Shown one piece after another: positions 1 to 9,625 of a stretch of DNA of 64,000 bases (positions within the stretch are counted from its first letter, which is position 1; each line of letters begins with the position of its first letter). This DNA is from a virus. The notes beneath the pieces were generated by a model, which searched no databases, was not told the origin of the DNA, and was given only the letters and a program-made list of their open reading frames with translations. A program made the position numbers and the translations under genes. The stretch covers positions 76,721-140,720 of the IMG/VR virus record IMGVR_UViG_3300022602_000038; one strand, written 5' to 3'.

Positions 1-339
1 TATTGTACACAAGATTATCATGTAAGAAAGCTTTTAGAGTCGTCAATGTCAGATACGTTTAATATAAGAACGTCTACTGGTAATATGGAGCCTAGAGATC
101 CTACATTAAATGTTATAAAACTATCCTTAGTAGACGATCAATTAAATGAAATTAGAACATATATACTACACGGCGCTTTTGTTACTGGTGTAGGAGATAT
201 GGGGTTTGATGCTACTAAAGATGGCGGAGTACAAGAGGTTTCAGCTACAATAGCGTATCAGTATTGGACTACAGCTCCAAGCTCAGATATTTCAGAAATA
301 GAAGATGTAATAAACATAGCAGAATCTTTATTAGGTTAA
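1..339 (+). CDS. Tail tube protein (T4 gp19-like), 5'-truncated by window edge
   Basis: Frame open from base 1; C-terminal pattern RTYILHGAFVTGVGDMGFD...EVSATIAYQYW resembles the gp19 tail-tube fold; upstream of baseplate genes. Confidence 0.7.
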   Translation, partial: YCTQDYHVRKLLESSMSDTFNIRTSTGNMEPRDPTLNVIKLSLVDDQLNEIRTYILHGAFVTGVGDMGFDATKDGGVQEVSATIAYQYWTTAPSSDISEIEDVINIAESLLG

Positions 340-343
340 CATT

Positions 344-1099
344 ATGGCATATATTATAGGTCCAAACGCTCAAATAGTACCGTACGGTTCTTTACAAAAT
401 AGGAACGGTATAGGGTCTGACGTACAGTCGTTTTTAAGCTTTTTAAGTTCTCCAGACACTCAAATACCGTTACAGTCTAACTTTCTCATAGTATTTGATA
501 GATTACCTGGAGCGTTTCTTAACGGTAATACATTTCCGGCCTCTTTTGAAAATCAGTGGAATATACAAAACACACAAGACGCTTTAATACAGGTAATTAC
601 ATCTAATCAAAACTCACCGTTCGGTGGTTATGCTTGTTTATTTGCACAAGGGTTTTCCTCTCCTACTGAAAATGTAGATATAGCTCGTCAAAACGTATTA
701 TCTGGACCTTCTGGTGGTTTAATAGGTGGTCTTACTAGTGCGGGTAGAGCGCCTTTTAATAGTTTAGATATAGACTTTTTAGAAACCAACAGTTCTTTTA
801 TAGACTTTGTTATTAGACCGTGGGTAGCGCTGATTGGACATTATGGGTTAATAAATAGAGATCCTAACTCAGCTCAAAACGTAAAAGCAGATATTTCAGC
901 AGTATTGTTTGATAAAAATAACAACAACAATATAAGAAAAATATTTTCGTTTAAAGGTTGTGCACCTACAGGAGTAGGTACCATAGCACATGTATATGGA
1001 GACGATAGAGCATCTACAGCAAATAAAGTATCTTTCCAATACAACACGTACGGTATAAGCTACAGCTCTGGTACTGCTTCCGGTGGATTGTCTTATTAA
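344..1099 (+). CDS. Tail tube-like / baseplate tail-tube initiator (gp19/gp54-like)
   Basis: RKIFSFKGCAPTGVG...VSFQYNTY gp19/gp54-like C-terminal motif; synteny. Confidence 0.55.
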   Translation: MAYIIGPNAQIVPYGSLQNRNGIGSDVQSFLSFLSSPDTQIPLQSNFLIVFDRLPGAFLNGNTFPASFENQWNIQNTQDALIQVITSNQNSPFGGYACLFAQGFSSPTENVDIARQNVLSGPSGGLIGGLTSAGRAPFNSLDIDFLETNSSFIDFVIRPWVALIGHYGLINRDPNSAQNVKADISAVLFDKNNNNNIRKIFSFKGCAPTGVGTIAHVYGDDRASTANKVSFQYNTYGISYSSGTASGGLSY

Positions 1100-1119
1100 G
1101 TAGATATTTTTACTGGTTA

Positions 1120-1127
1120 TATAAATA
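1120..1127 (+). promoter_or_regulatory. T4-type late promoter TATAAATA
   Basis: Exact TATAAATA 10 nt before ATG 1138; gp55-like sigma is encoded in the window. Confidence 0.6.
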
Positions 1128-1137
1128 AAATATAACT

Positions 1138-2076
1138 ATGGGATTTGTTTATGGAGTTAAACTACCGGGCCTTGATAAAAAAATATGGGCAAAAGAACTT
1201 ACATCTAAGTTGTATAGAGATTTAGTTAAATCCCTTTATAACACTGATAGTACAGCGTTTTTACAACATCTTAACTTTATAATTGAACACGTTTCTCCCG
1301 GGATACTACAAGAAGACCTTAATGTTATAGATAAGGTTATTCTTTTACTTAATATGAGAGCAATTTCTATTAATCCGGATCTTAAATTGAAAGCAACTTG
1401 CCCTATAACAAAGAAAGAATTTGAAAAAAATATAAAGATAGAAGAAGTATTGAGTAAATTTGAAAACTTTAAATATAATGGTAATGTTGAATGTGATGGA
1501 ATAAAGATATCTCACAGCATTATTAAAGCAAAAGACGAATTTAATTTTATAGATATAGATCAAGAAAAGTTATTTTCCTACCGTCTTGCGTCTAGTATTG
1601 ATAGTATTTGTGTTGATAATAAAGATATACTATTTAAAGACCTTTCATTTGAGGAAAGAGTGCAGGTTGTAGAAACGTTACCGTTAAACGTAACAACTAA
1701 AGTGCAGGAATCTTTAAGCAGTATTGAAGAAGAGTTATCCAAAACAAAGCTACTTTCAATACATTCTCCGTTTGCAAAGGTATATGTTGTAGATATACCA
1801 GTTTCAACTAATGTGGTTGTTTTACTTGAGTTTTGTAAATCAGTCTTTAATGACGATCTAGGCAACTTGTATAGGTTAAATTTTAATTTAGTTAATAAAG
1901 CAGGTTTTACACCGGAATACGCTGATAGTATACCACCATCAGAACAATTACTTTATTGGATGTATTTTGTACAACAAGCACAAAAAGAACAACAAGCGGC
2001 AGAAGGCACCTCTAGTAACAATCCGTCATTTAACGGTAGTAAGGTCGGGGTAGAAACACCAAGTGAATTCACTTGA
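1138..2076 (+). CDS. Baseplate hub assembly protein (gp26-like, possibly with gp51-like C-terminus)
   Basis: LNVIDKVILLLNMRAISI...CP motif of gp26-like proteins; C-terminal GFTPEYADSIPPSEQLLY resembles gp51. Confidence 0.6.
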   Translation: MGFVYGVKLPGLDKKIWAKELTSKLYRDLVKSLYNTDSTAFLQHLNFIIEHVSPGILQEDLNVIDKVILLLNMRAISINPDLKLKATCPITKKEFEKNIKIEEVLSKFENFKYNGNVECDGIKISHSIIKAKDEFNFIDIDQEKLFSYRLASSIDSICVDNKDILFKDLSFEERVQVVETLPLNVTTKVQESLSSIEEELSKTKLLSIHSPFAKVYVVDIPVSTNVVVLLEFCKSVFNDDLGNLYRLNFNLVNKAGFTPEYADSIPPSEQLLYWMYFVQQAQKEQQAAEGTSSNNPSFNGSKVGVETPSEFT

Positions 2077-2106
2077 AAACCAGATTCTTTTAGTAAATCT
2101 ATATAA

Positions 2107-2916
2107 ATGAGCAGTAATTTTAATAACATTATTTCCGTACTGGATACAATTAATAAGAACGCAACTGTACCAGTATATATACCTAGTTTAAAAAGAGAAG
2201 TAAAGTTTAAAAATCTCAACACCGGTCAACAGAAGAACCTTTTAAAAGCAGCAGTTGATAACCCTGTATTTCAAACACGTTTTACTATTGCCTTGTATAA
2301 TATTATTGTAGAGAATTGCACTGAGAAAGACATATTAATTTCTTTAACAACTATAGATAGTGCTGCAATTGCTGTACAGCTTAAGATAGCTGCAAGCGGT
2401 GCAACCTACACATTAAATCAAAATGATAAAAAATACAAGATTGACCTTCAATCTGTTGTAGACAAATTTAAGGCTTCTTCTACTCTTGATCCTGAAACTA
2501 TTTCAGACACTCCTTTTACTGTACAGGTCGGTATGCCTTTATTTGTAGAACAATACAATCTAGAAAAACAACTTAGAGAAAAAGATTTAAATGATCAACA
2601 AGTTGTAAACACTCAATTAACAGAAACAATTGGTGATGCATTTATTGGGGAAGTATCAAAGTTTATTAAAGAAATTAGTGTATTTCATGATAATACAGAT
2701 GAGTCTCTTGGTTATAAGTCTTTACCGTTTACCAAACGACACACTATATTAGAAAAAATTCCTACTACAGTTATTAAGAACGTGTTAAATTATATGGAAA
2801 AATACGTTTCTATACAGAAGGATATATTAACTGTTACTGGAACGGATATAGATACTGAAGAAACTGTTAGTGATTTGTTACTTTCTATTGATACTACCTT
2901 GTTTGTTGTTAACTAA
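2107..2916 (+). CDS. Baseplate hub assembly protein (second gp26-like paralogue)
   Basis: VYIPSLKREVKFKNLNTGQQK...LTTID N-terminal gp26-like motif. Confidence 0.6.
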   Translation: MSSNFNNIISVLDTINKNATVPVYIPSLKREVKFKNLNTGQQKNLLKAAVDNPVFQTRFTIALYNIIVENCTEKDILISLTTIDSAAIAVQLKIAASGATYTLNQNDKKYKIDLQSVVDKFKASSTLDPETISDTPFTVQVGMPLFVEQYNLEKQLREKDLNDQQVVNTQLTETIGDAFIGEVSKFIKEISVFHDNTDESLGYKSLPFTKRHTILEKIPTTVIKNVLNYMEKYVSIQKDILTVTGTDIDTEETVSDLLLSIDTTLFVVN

Positions 2917-2955
2917 TAATACTTAAGAGGTACATCTGGTACCTAAGTATTTAAT

Positions 2956-5661
2956 ATGGCAGATACTAACAAGGATAAAGGAGTAGCACCAGCTAAGCCT
3001 GCAGCTACATCTAAAACAGCTGATGCTGGCCCTATACCTAAAAAGTGGTTAGATAGTATGCTCGCTCAATCTAAGGATTTACCGAAAGGTTTAGAAGCAA
3101 TACAAAAACAGTTATCTACAGGAGATACAAGAGTTGTTAATCAATTAGTGTTGCAAACTGCTGTTTTAAATGATATAGCTAAAGCTGTTGGTCCGGATCT
3201 TAGAAACACTTTACTTGATACTTTTAAATCGTTTAAAAAAGATACTCAAGATAAAGAAGAAGAGAAAACATACAAAGACCGTAAAAAACAAAAAGATAAA
3301 GAAAAAGCTGATGATGAAACTAAATTGGTGAAAGATTTAGGCAATGTTGTGTCTAAAGCTACAAAACAATCTACAGGAGATGAAAGTGAAGCTGCTAATA
3401 AAGCAGCTTTAGAAGCAAAAATTGCTAATGCAGAAAGCGGTAAAGTTGAAGTAACGCCTACTACTATAGTTGGTATAAAAAAAGAAGTAGCAGAAGAATT
3501 AGGCAAGTCTATTGCTTTAGCTTTAAAAGGAATAAAAACAGATACTGGTGGAGTAGCAGGCTTCTTCACGACAATAGTAAATGCAGTAAAATCTCTAGGA
3601 CCTGCCTTAGCTTCTTTAGGTAAAGGTTTAGGGAACGGGTTTGCCGGTCTAGGTAAAGGTATTGGTGCAGGTATAGCAGGAGTAGGTAAAGGAATTGGTG
3701 GTTTCTTGGCAGGTATTGGGGAAGGATTTAAAATACTAGGACCTGGCTTAAAAGCTTTTGCAAACCCTCAAGCTGCTATAGGTTTAGGTTTAGTGGTGCT
3801 TGCTATAAACGGTTTAGCTTTAGCTTTAAGATTAGCTGCACCTGCAATAGCAGCAGCAATGCCGTTCTTCGTAAAATTAGCAGAAGTATTAGGTACAGTA
3901 CTAATGCACGCAATAGATAAGATACCTGATATGATTAAAGCCGTAGGGGTCGCTATTGGAACTGTATTAACTATGGCCGGGCCTGTAATTATACAACTTA
4001 CTAAGGTTATAGGTACGTATTTAATTAATGTTATAAAAAATATTGGTACTACTATTGAAAATTTAGTTAAAATAGCAGGTCCATTTATTGTACAAATTGT
4101 TAAAATAGTTAAAGAAGCAGTGGTACAATTAGCGCCTTACGTGGTACAGATAGTTAAAACTGTTAAAGATGCATTTGTACAGTTGGCTCCTTTTGCAGTA
4201 CAAATTATTAAACTGTTTAAAGAAACTGTTGCCATAGTAATGCCGTACATATTAGAATTAGGTAGAGCTATTAAAGATATACTCGTTACAGCTTTAGATC
4301 TTTTAAAACCAGTATTACTAGCATTAGTACCTATATTAGACAAAGTAGTAACGTTTTTAGGTACAAACTTAACTGAAGCTATAAAATATGTCGGACCAGT
4401 ACTAAAAGATTTGAGTGAAAGTATAAAGATTGCAGTTGCCGGTTTATCTGACATATTAACTGGAGTAATTACTCTTGCAACTCATTTGGTTGACGATATA
4501 AAAGATATATTTGTTAAGGGGGTAGATGGTATAACGGATTTAGTACATACAATAGGAGATACAGTACAGGGCTCTATTAAAGCTATTGGAGATTCTATTG
4601 TTAATGTAATTAACACGGTTACTGATAGTATTGTTCGTTTAAGTACAGTAAGTGGAGATAAATTAAAAGAAACAGCAGGTGGTATAGCAGCAGTTGCTGG
4701 TGCTATGGCTTTATTTGCAGGTGGAGCAGTAGCAAGTGGTTTTGGAAACCTTATAGGTGGTTTAGCTTCTAAGATAGGTGGTCAAAAGCCTCCTTTAGAG
4801 CAACTAATAGCTATAGGAGAACAAGCAGATAATTTCACTAAGGTAGCTGATGGACTGAAGCAAGTAAAAGAAAGTATGATCTCTTTTAGTGGTCTTAAAG
4901 TAGATTTAGATCCTATTAAAAAGTTTGCAGACGTAATAGGTGTACTTAAAGATAAATTATCAAATACGGTAGGTAGCGTATTTAGCGGAATTACAAGTAA
5001 AGTAACTGGTACTAATCCGTTAGATTTAATAGTTAGTATAGCAGATCACGCTGATAGTATAGATGATGTGGCTGATAGTATTAAATCTCTTATTGATAAT
5101 TTTAACAAGGCAGATGTTGCAAAAATAACTGCTGTAATGGCAGCACTTGCAATGACTCCAACTCAAGCTGCTGTTTTAACTCAAACAGCAGCTGCTCCAA
5201 GTACTCCTGCTACTCAAACAGCAGCTGCTCCAAGTACTCCTGCTACTCAAACAGCAGCTAGTGTAAGCGGAGCAAGCGAAAGCGCTACAACTACAACTAG
5301 CCAAACAACCAAAGTTAATACCGTAAATGAACAGGTAACTAATCTTAACAAATTATCTACTCAAGCAGCTACACCATCAGTAGAAGTACCGCAAATGAGA
5401 GAAGTTAATGAAAACCTTCAACTTGTAGCAGCTAAACTAGATAGTTTAATAAAATTAACTCAAGTTCAAATCGAAATTGAAACTAAAGATACAAGAAAAG
5501 GAGAAGCAAGTATAGCGTCTACTACAACTAGTACAAATCAAGTTATTTCTAATAGTAATCCTAACATTACTATAAACGGAGATTCCGGTAATAGAGACAT
5601 TCCTTACCTAGAACGTAATAAGTATAGACAAACCTTAATGTACACAAGAGGATTATTATAA
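2956..5661 (+). CDS. Tape-measure-like protein
   Basis: 901 aa, Ala/Gly-rich, long amphipathic 11/22-residue helical repeats, hydrophobic segment; between baseplate genes; TAAGTA at 2944-2949. Confidence 0.7.
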   Translation: MADTNKDKGVAPAKPAATSKTADAGPIPKKWLDSMLAQSKDLPKGLEAIQKQLSTGDTRVVNQLVLQTAVLNDIAKAVGPDLRNTLLDTFKSFKKDTQDKEEEKTYKDRKKQKDKEKADDETKLVKDLGNVVSKATKQSTGDESEAANKAALEAKIANAESGKVEVTPTTIVGIKKEVAEELGKSIALALKGIKTDTGGVAGFFTTIVNAVKSLGPALASLGKGLGNGFAGLGKGIGAGIAGVGKGIGGFLAGIGEGFKILGPGLKAFANPQAAIGLGLVVLAINGLALALRLAAPAIAAAMPFFVKLAEVLGTVLMHAIDKIPDMIKAVGVAIGTVLTMAGPVIIQLTKVIGTYLINVIKNIGTTIENLVKIAGPFIVQIVKIVKEAVVQLAPYVVQIVKTVKDAFVQLAPFAVQIIKLFKETVAIVMPYILELGRAIKDILVTALDLLKPVLLALVPILDKVVTFLGTNLTEAIKYVGPVLKDLSESIKIAVAGLSDILTGVITLATHLVDDIKDIFVKGVDGITDLVHTIGDTVQGSIKAIGDSIVNVINTVTDSIVRLSTVSGDKLKETAGGIAAVAGAMALFAGGAVASGFGNLIGGLASKIGGQKPPLEQLIAIGEQADNFTKVADGLKQVKESMISFSGLKVDLDPIKKFADVIGVLKDKLSNTVGSVFSGITSKVTGTNPLDLIVSIADHADSIDDVADSIKSLIDNFNKADVAKITAVMAALAMTPTQAAVLTQTAAAPSTPATQTAAAPSTPATQTAASVSGASESATTTTSQTTKVNTVNEQVTNLNKLSTQAATPSVEVPQMREVNENLQLVAAKLDSLIKLTQVQIEIETKDTRKGEASIASTTTSTNQVISNSNPNITINGDSGNRDIPYLERNKYRQTLMYTRGLL
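5179..5259 (+). repeat. 33-bp tandem repeat (about 2.5 copies) encoding TQTAAAPSTPA
   Basis: actcaaacagcagctgctccaagtactcctgct at 5179 and 5212, partial copy at 5245. Confidence 0.95.
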
Positions 5662-5662
5662 C

Positions 5663-6901
5663 ATGGCCACTCCTTCTATACCTAATTACAATCCTATACT
5701 ATTTCAATGGAACTCTCCAACTAACGATTTAGGTTCTTTTGTATTAGGTCCTGTATCAAATGATAGTTATGATGAAAACGATGTTAGCGGTGTAATAGAT
5801 GTGTTTAACACTTTTGATTGGACTTTGACACCTCCAGATGGTCGCCAACATATACCTAAAGTTATATTAACTGAATATAGGCAGAATTTATCTAGTGAAT
5901 TACAAGGTTATTTATATAGCGCGAGAGGTCAATTAACAAATGTACAAGTAGCAGCAGCTGTAGGTGCACCTGCTGGTCAAGCATTTACTAATAATGCTAG
6001 TACAGCTGTAAAAGATGTTACTAATAATAACGCATTAGGAGATATTGCACAAAAAGCTTTAAACACAGCCTCCCAACAGCTTCAAAAAATTAGTAATTCG
6101 GATGCAGTATCAAAGTTACCGGACTGGGCTACAGGACCTTTTTCTCCGTATGATGGTTTATATTCTATAGTACCAACAGGTTTTAGTTATGTTTTACCGT
6201 ATTATTCAGACAATGGAACAGTGCAAGTTAGTAATCAATGGGGTGAAGCAGGTAGTGACTTTGTAAATGCAGCTGGTGGTGTTCTTGGTGGTTTAAAAAC
6301 AATGTTAGGTGGTGGTAAAGGCGCAGAAGGCGGTACAGACGCAAAAACCTCGGGCGGACCTGGAGTAATAGGTAAATTAGTTCAAGGCGGTACTCAAGTG
6401 TTTAAAAACCTACCTGCTATGGGGTATGCTGCAACTGCTGGTGTATCTGTGGCAGAAAAACCTCAAGCGTATAAAGGTTCTTCAGCAATGGAAGATGCTG
6501 TTGTAGATTTTTATCTATATAATACAACAGATAGCGATGTTACAGCTATACAGAAAAACTGGGAGCTTTGTTACCTGTTAACGTATCAAAATTTACCTAA
6601 CAGAAAGGGTATTAATTTTCTCGATGCCCCTTGCTTGTATGAAGTAAAAATACCAGGTTATAAGTATCTACCTATAGCAACTCTATCTAACATATCAGTT
6701 ACAAATGTAGGTAATGTAAGGTTAATAGATATTACTACCGGCGAAGTTGTCAATAACGGTAATACAACTGGTCCTAAAATTAAAATGATTCCTGAAGCGT
6801 ATCATATAACTTTAACGTTTAAAGGTGTTTTAATTAATAGCCAAAACTTATTTTTGTTTAATGCTGATCCTGAACAATCAGTTAGTATAAGCGTATCATA
6901 A
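5663..6901 (+). CDS. Baseplate tail-tube cap (gp48-like) structural protein
   Basis: Position after tape measure; PCLYEVKIPG...LSNISVT...PEAYHITLTFK tube-fold-like C-terminus. Confidence 0.5.
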   Translation: MATPSIPNYNPILFQWNSPTNDLGSFVLGPVSNDSYDENDVSGVIDVFNTFDWTLTPPDGRQHIPKVILTEYRQNLSSELQGYLYSARGQLTNVQVAAAVGAPAGQAFTNNASTAVKDVTNNNALGDIAQKALNTASQQLQKISNSDAVSKLPDWATGPFSPYDGLYSIVPTGFSYVLPYYSDNGTVQVSNQWGEAGSDFVNAAGGVLGGLKTMLGGGKGAEGGTDAKTSGGPGVIGKLVQGGTQVFKNLPAMGYAATAGVSVAEKPQAYKGSSAMEDAVVDFYLYNTTDSDVTAIQKNWELCYLLTYQNLPNRKGINFLDAPCLYEVKIPGYKYLPIATLSNISVTNVGNVRLIDITTGEVVNNGNTTGPKIKMIPEAYHITLTFKGVLINSQNLFLFNADPEQSVSISVS

Positions 6902-6902
6902 A

Positions 6903-7268
6903 ATGAATCAAACCCCTCAAAAACAAAACGATATTACAGCTTTAACTCCTTTAGAGAGTTTTAGATATGAAAACATTTTTAATGTATATAAAAATGATAA
7001 TAACGATTATTTTTATAACATTTTAAGTAAAGTTAATTTTCCAGCTGTTATAGATGAAAGTTATTATGATACATATACTGTATCTACTAATTCTTCTCCG
7101 TATACATTTATATCCTACAGAATTTACGGTACTACATTATTATGGTGGTTAATTTGTGCAGTTAACAATATTAAGAACCCTGTATTTTTTCCACAACCAA
7201 ATACTCAATTAAAGTACTTAAAACCAGAATATGTTCGGTTAGTACTTAATCAAATAATCAATTCTTAA
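6903..7268 (+). CDS. Baseplate wedge protein (gp53-like, LysM-like)
   Basis: ISYRIYGTTLLWWLICAVNNIKNP motif typical of gp53. Confidence 0.8.
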   Translation: MNQTPQKQNDITALTPLESFRYENIFNVYKNDNNDYFYNILSKVNFPAVIDESYYDTYTVSTNSSPYTFISYRIYGTTLLWWLICAVNNIKNPVFFPQPNTQLKYLKPEYVRLVLNQIINS

Positions 7269-8800
7269 TGGCAGCAGAAAACATTACAAGTCAGCTAAGA
7301 GTTAATGGTCAAACATATAACTTTAATCTATTCCTGTATAATGCACAGGGTATAATGTTTCCTATCAACACAGCTGCTTTAGTACAGCTTTCTATTGAAG
7401 AAGATTCTAGAGAGTGGTTTAAACGTGGCTCTATTATATTAGACAACAAAGAAAATATAATAGAACGTAGACCGAATGAATTCGTAAGTGCAGATGCTAA
7501 TTATAAGTTTCGTAATGATGGTAGAGATATGCTATTAGTATACATTAAACCAGTATATGATAGTCCTACAACAACTATACAAGACGATCCATTCCCTTCT
7601 GATGGTTGGGAATTACATTACATATTTTCTGTATATGATGTAGAAGATTTACCAGGAGATACACTTTCAAATAAAAAAATTAAATTGTATTTGTGGGAAT
7701 ATGATTACCAGCTTTTTGTAGAAACAACTACAAGTGGTTGGTGTACTAACAATGCATTATATAATTTATACCCTGAATTAAACGGTAAATCTAGTATACT
7801 ACCAGACTCCCAACGTAAAATACCTACAGGTTTAGCTATAAAAGATCTTATTAGTACAGTTTTAGATGCTAGAAGTAGTAAGCAAATATTTAGTGATAAT
7901 TGGGATCCAGGCGCAAGTAATATATTCTATACCCCACCTACTAATAATAACTCTATTGATGATTTAGATTATCTTTTTAATAAACACGTAGCAAGTAAAA
8001 AATATGGTCAAATAGACGGAGACGTACCTCTATTATATAGAATGAGATACGATAAGAAATGGATACTAACATCTCTTTCAAGTCAACTTTCTTTAGCTGT
8101 AGATAATGGTCAAGCTGGTCCCCTACAATCAGAGCAGTTTTATATAACGTCTACTACACCTACTGGGGTTATTATACCATCATTATTTAAAACACCACAA
8201 TCAAACGGTAAAGATCGTAATTTAAATTTAGGTTATTTAAGTTCTATTAGCAACTATCAATTTGTTGATATGTCCGCTTTAGATAACACATTTACACTTA
8301 TTAATCTACCTTGTTCAAGTAATAGTACTACTACAAAACAGTTTAATATAGATGTAGCTGATACTACTATACAAAGCACTAAAGATTACTTTCAGGCAAA
8401 CTACGTAAACAAGTTTAGTAATAATAAATCTCCAACAGCCATGCTTTCTTTGAACAAAACTAAAACTCAAAGCTTAGCTTATAAACAGCCATATTCTTAT
8501 AGTTCTACAAAACTAGAAAGATATCCAGATGCTAGGAACAGAATATTAAAATCAGGATTCTTTTTAAATCAATGTATTAATTTTACTGTACCTGGTAGTA
8601 CAGTACGTATGGCAAATACGTTTATAGGGTTGGATCGACGTACAGGTTCAGTAGATGCTGATTTTGATGAGAAACTTCTCGGTCAATGGTATATAATAAA
8701 GGTTACCCATACTTTTACTCAAAATAGTTATACAAATACAATTACCGCTGTGAAACCACATGCGGATAAGAATATACAGATACAAGATAATGTACTGTAA
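7268..8800 (+). CDS. Baseplate hub protein (gp27/VgrG-N-like)
   Basis: LSIEED...GSIILDN at N-terminus; VPG...GQWYIIKVTHTF...YTNTITAVK at C-terminus; synteny. Confidence 0.6.
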   Translation: MAAENITSQLRVNGQTYNFNLFLYNAQGIMFPINTAALVQLSIEEDSREWFKRGSIILDNKENIIERRPNEFVSADANYKFRNDGRDMLLVYIKPVYDSPTTTIQDDPFPSDGWELHYIFSVYDVEDLPGDTLSNKKIKLYLWEYDYQLFVETTTSGWCTNNALYNLYPELNGKSSILPDSQRKIPTGLAIKDLISTVLDARSSKQIFSDNWDPGASNIFYTPPTNNNSIDDLDYLFNKHVASKKYGQIDGDVPLLYRMRYDKKWILTSLSSQLSLAVDNGQAGPLQSEQFYITSTTPTGVIIPSLFKTPQSNGKDRNLNLGYLSSISNYQFVDMSALDNTFTLINLPCSSNSTTTKQFNIDVADTTIQSTKDYFQANYVNKFSNNKSPTAMLSLNKTKTQSLAYKQPYSYSSTKLERYPDARNRILKSGFFLNQCINFTVPGSTVRMANTFIGLDRRTGSVDADFDEKLLGQWYIIKVTHTFTQNSYTNTITAVKPHADKNIQIQDNVL

Positions 8801-8829
8801 CAATAATGTTTACTAGGTAAGTATATATA

Positions 8830-9624
8830 ATGGCTAACACAGTAGTCAAAACGTTTGATCTATATAATTCCACTTTCTATTGGAATGGATACACGTTAAG
8901 TAATGCACTGAGCACTCAATTAAGTGTTACGCAAGCGTATTACGCTACTCAATATAGTTCAAATGTTATAGGTTCTCAAATTGACTTTTTTACAGAATTA
9001 GCAGGTGTAACAGCTAATAATATAGCGTTTAATTTAAGCGGTATCACTATAGGCAATCTACCCTATCTCTGGAGCAAATATTGGTGGGATGAAGCAATGT
9101 ATTACTCTAATAGTTATGTACTAAGCGCTATAACTACTAGTTTTCCAACTTATTACCAGTCTTTTTCAGAGTCTGTAGGTTGTTTGTATTATATACAAGA
9201 CCCTGTAACGGTACCTTATAGTAGTTTAATTAGTTCGCTAATACCCCCGACGGTATCTAATAATATTCAAAGTTTTTATGCTACTGTAAACAATTTATTT
9301 GCTACTAATATAGCAGCTATTGGACCTAAGGGTACTGATACAGCCCCGAATAACAGTAGTCTTATAGCTCCTACATCTGATCAATTACGTAGATTTAATT
9401 CAAGCGCTAGTTTAGCAAATACTATTAACGGTACATACCCAATATTAAGTATGTTTTTACCTTTTAATAACAATGTAGTGGGTAATCTTATTACCCCTTA
9501 TAATTGGTATAGCTTTATGCCTTATGACGATAGTAGTTTAGAATTCGGTTTATTAGTAGACCAGACAAACTCTATTATTTCTTCTCAAATAACTCTTCCA
9601 GTAAGTGCTCTGCAAGTAACATAA
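8830..9624 (+). CDS. Hypothetical structural protein (S/T/N/Y-rich)
   Basis: 264-aa ORF between hub and spike; TAAGTA at 8818-8823. Confidence 0.5.
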   Translation: MANTVVKTFDLYNSTFYWNGYTLSNALSTQLSVTQAYYATQYSSNVIGSQIDFFTELAGVTANNIAFNLSGITIGNLPYLWSKYWWDEAMYYSNSYVLSAITTSFPTYYQSFSESVGCLYYIQDPVTVPYSSLISSLIPPTVSNNIQSFYATVNNLFATNIAAIGPKGTDTAPNNSSLIAPTSDQLRRFNSSASLANTINGTYPILSMFLPFNNNVVGNLITPYNWYSFMPYDDSSLEFGLLVDQTNSIISSQITLPVSALQVT

Positions 9625-9625
9625 T

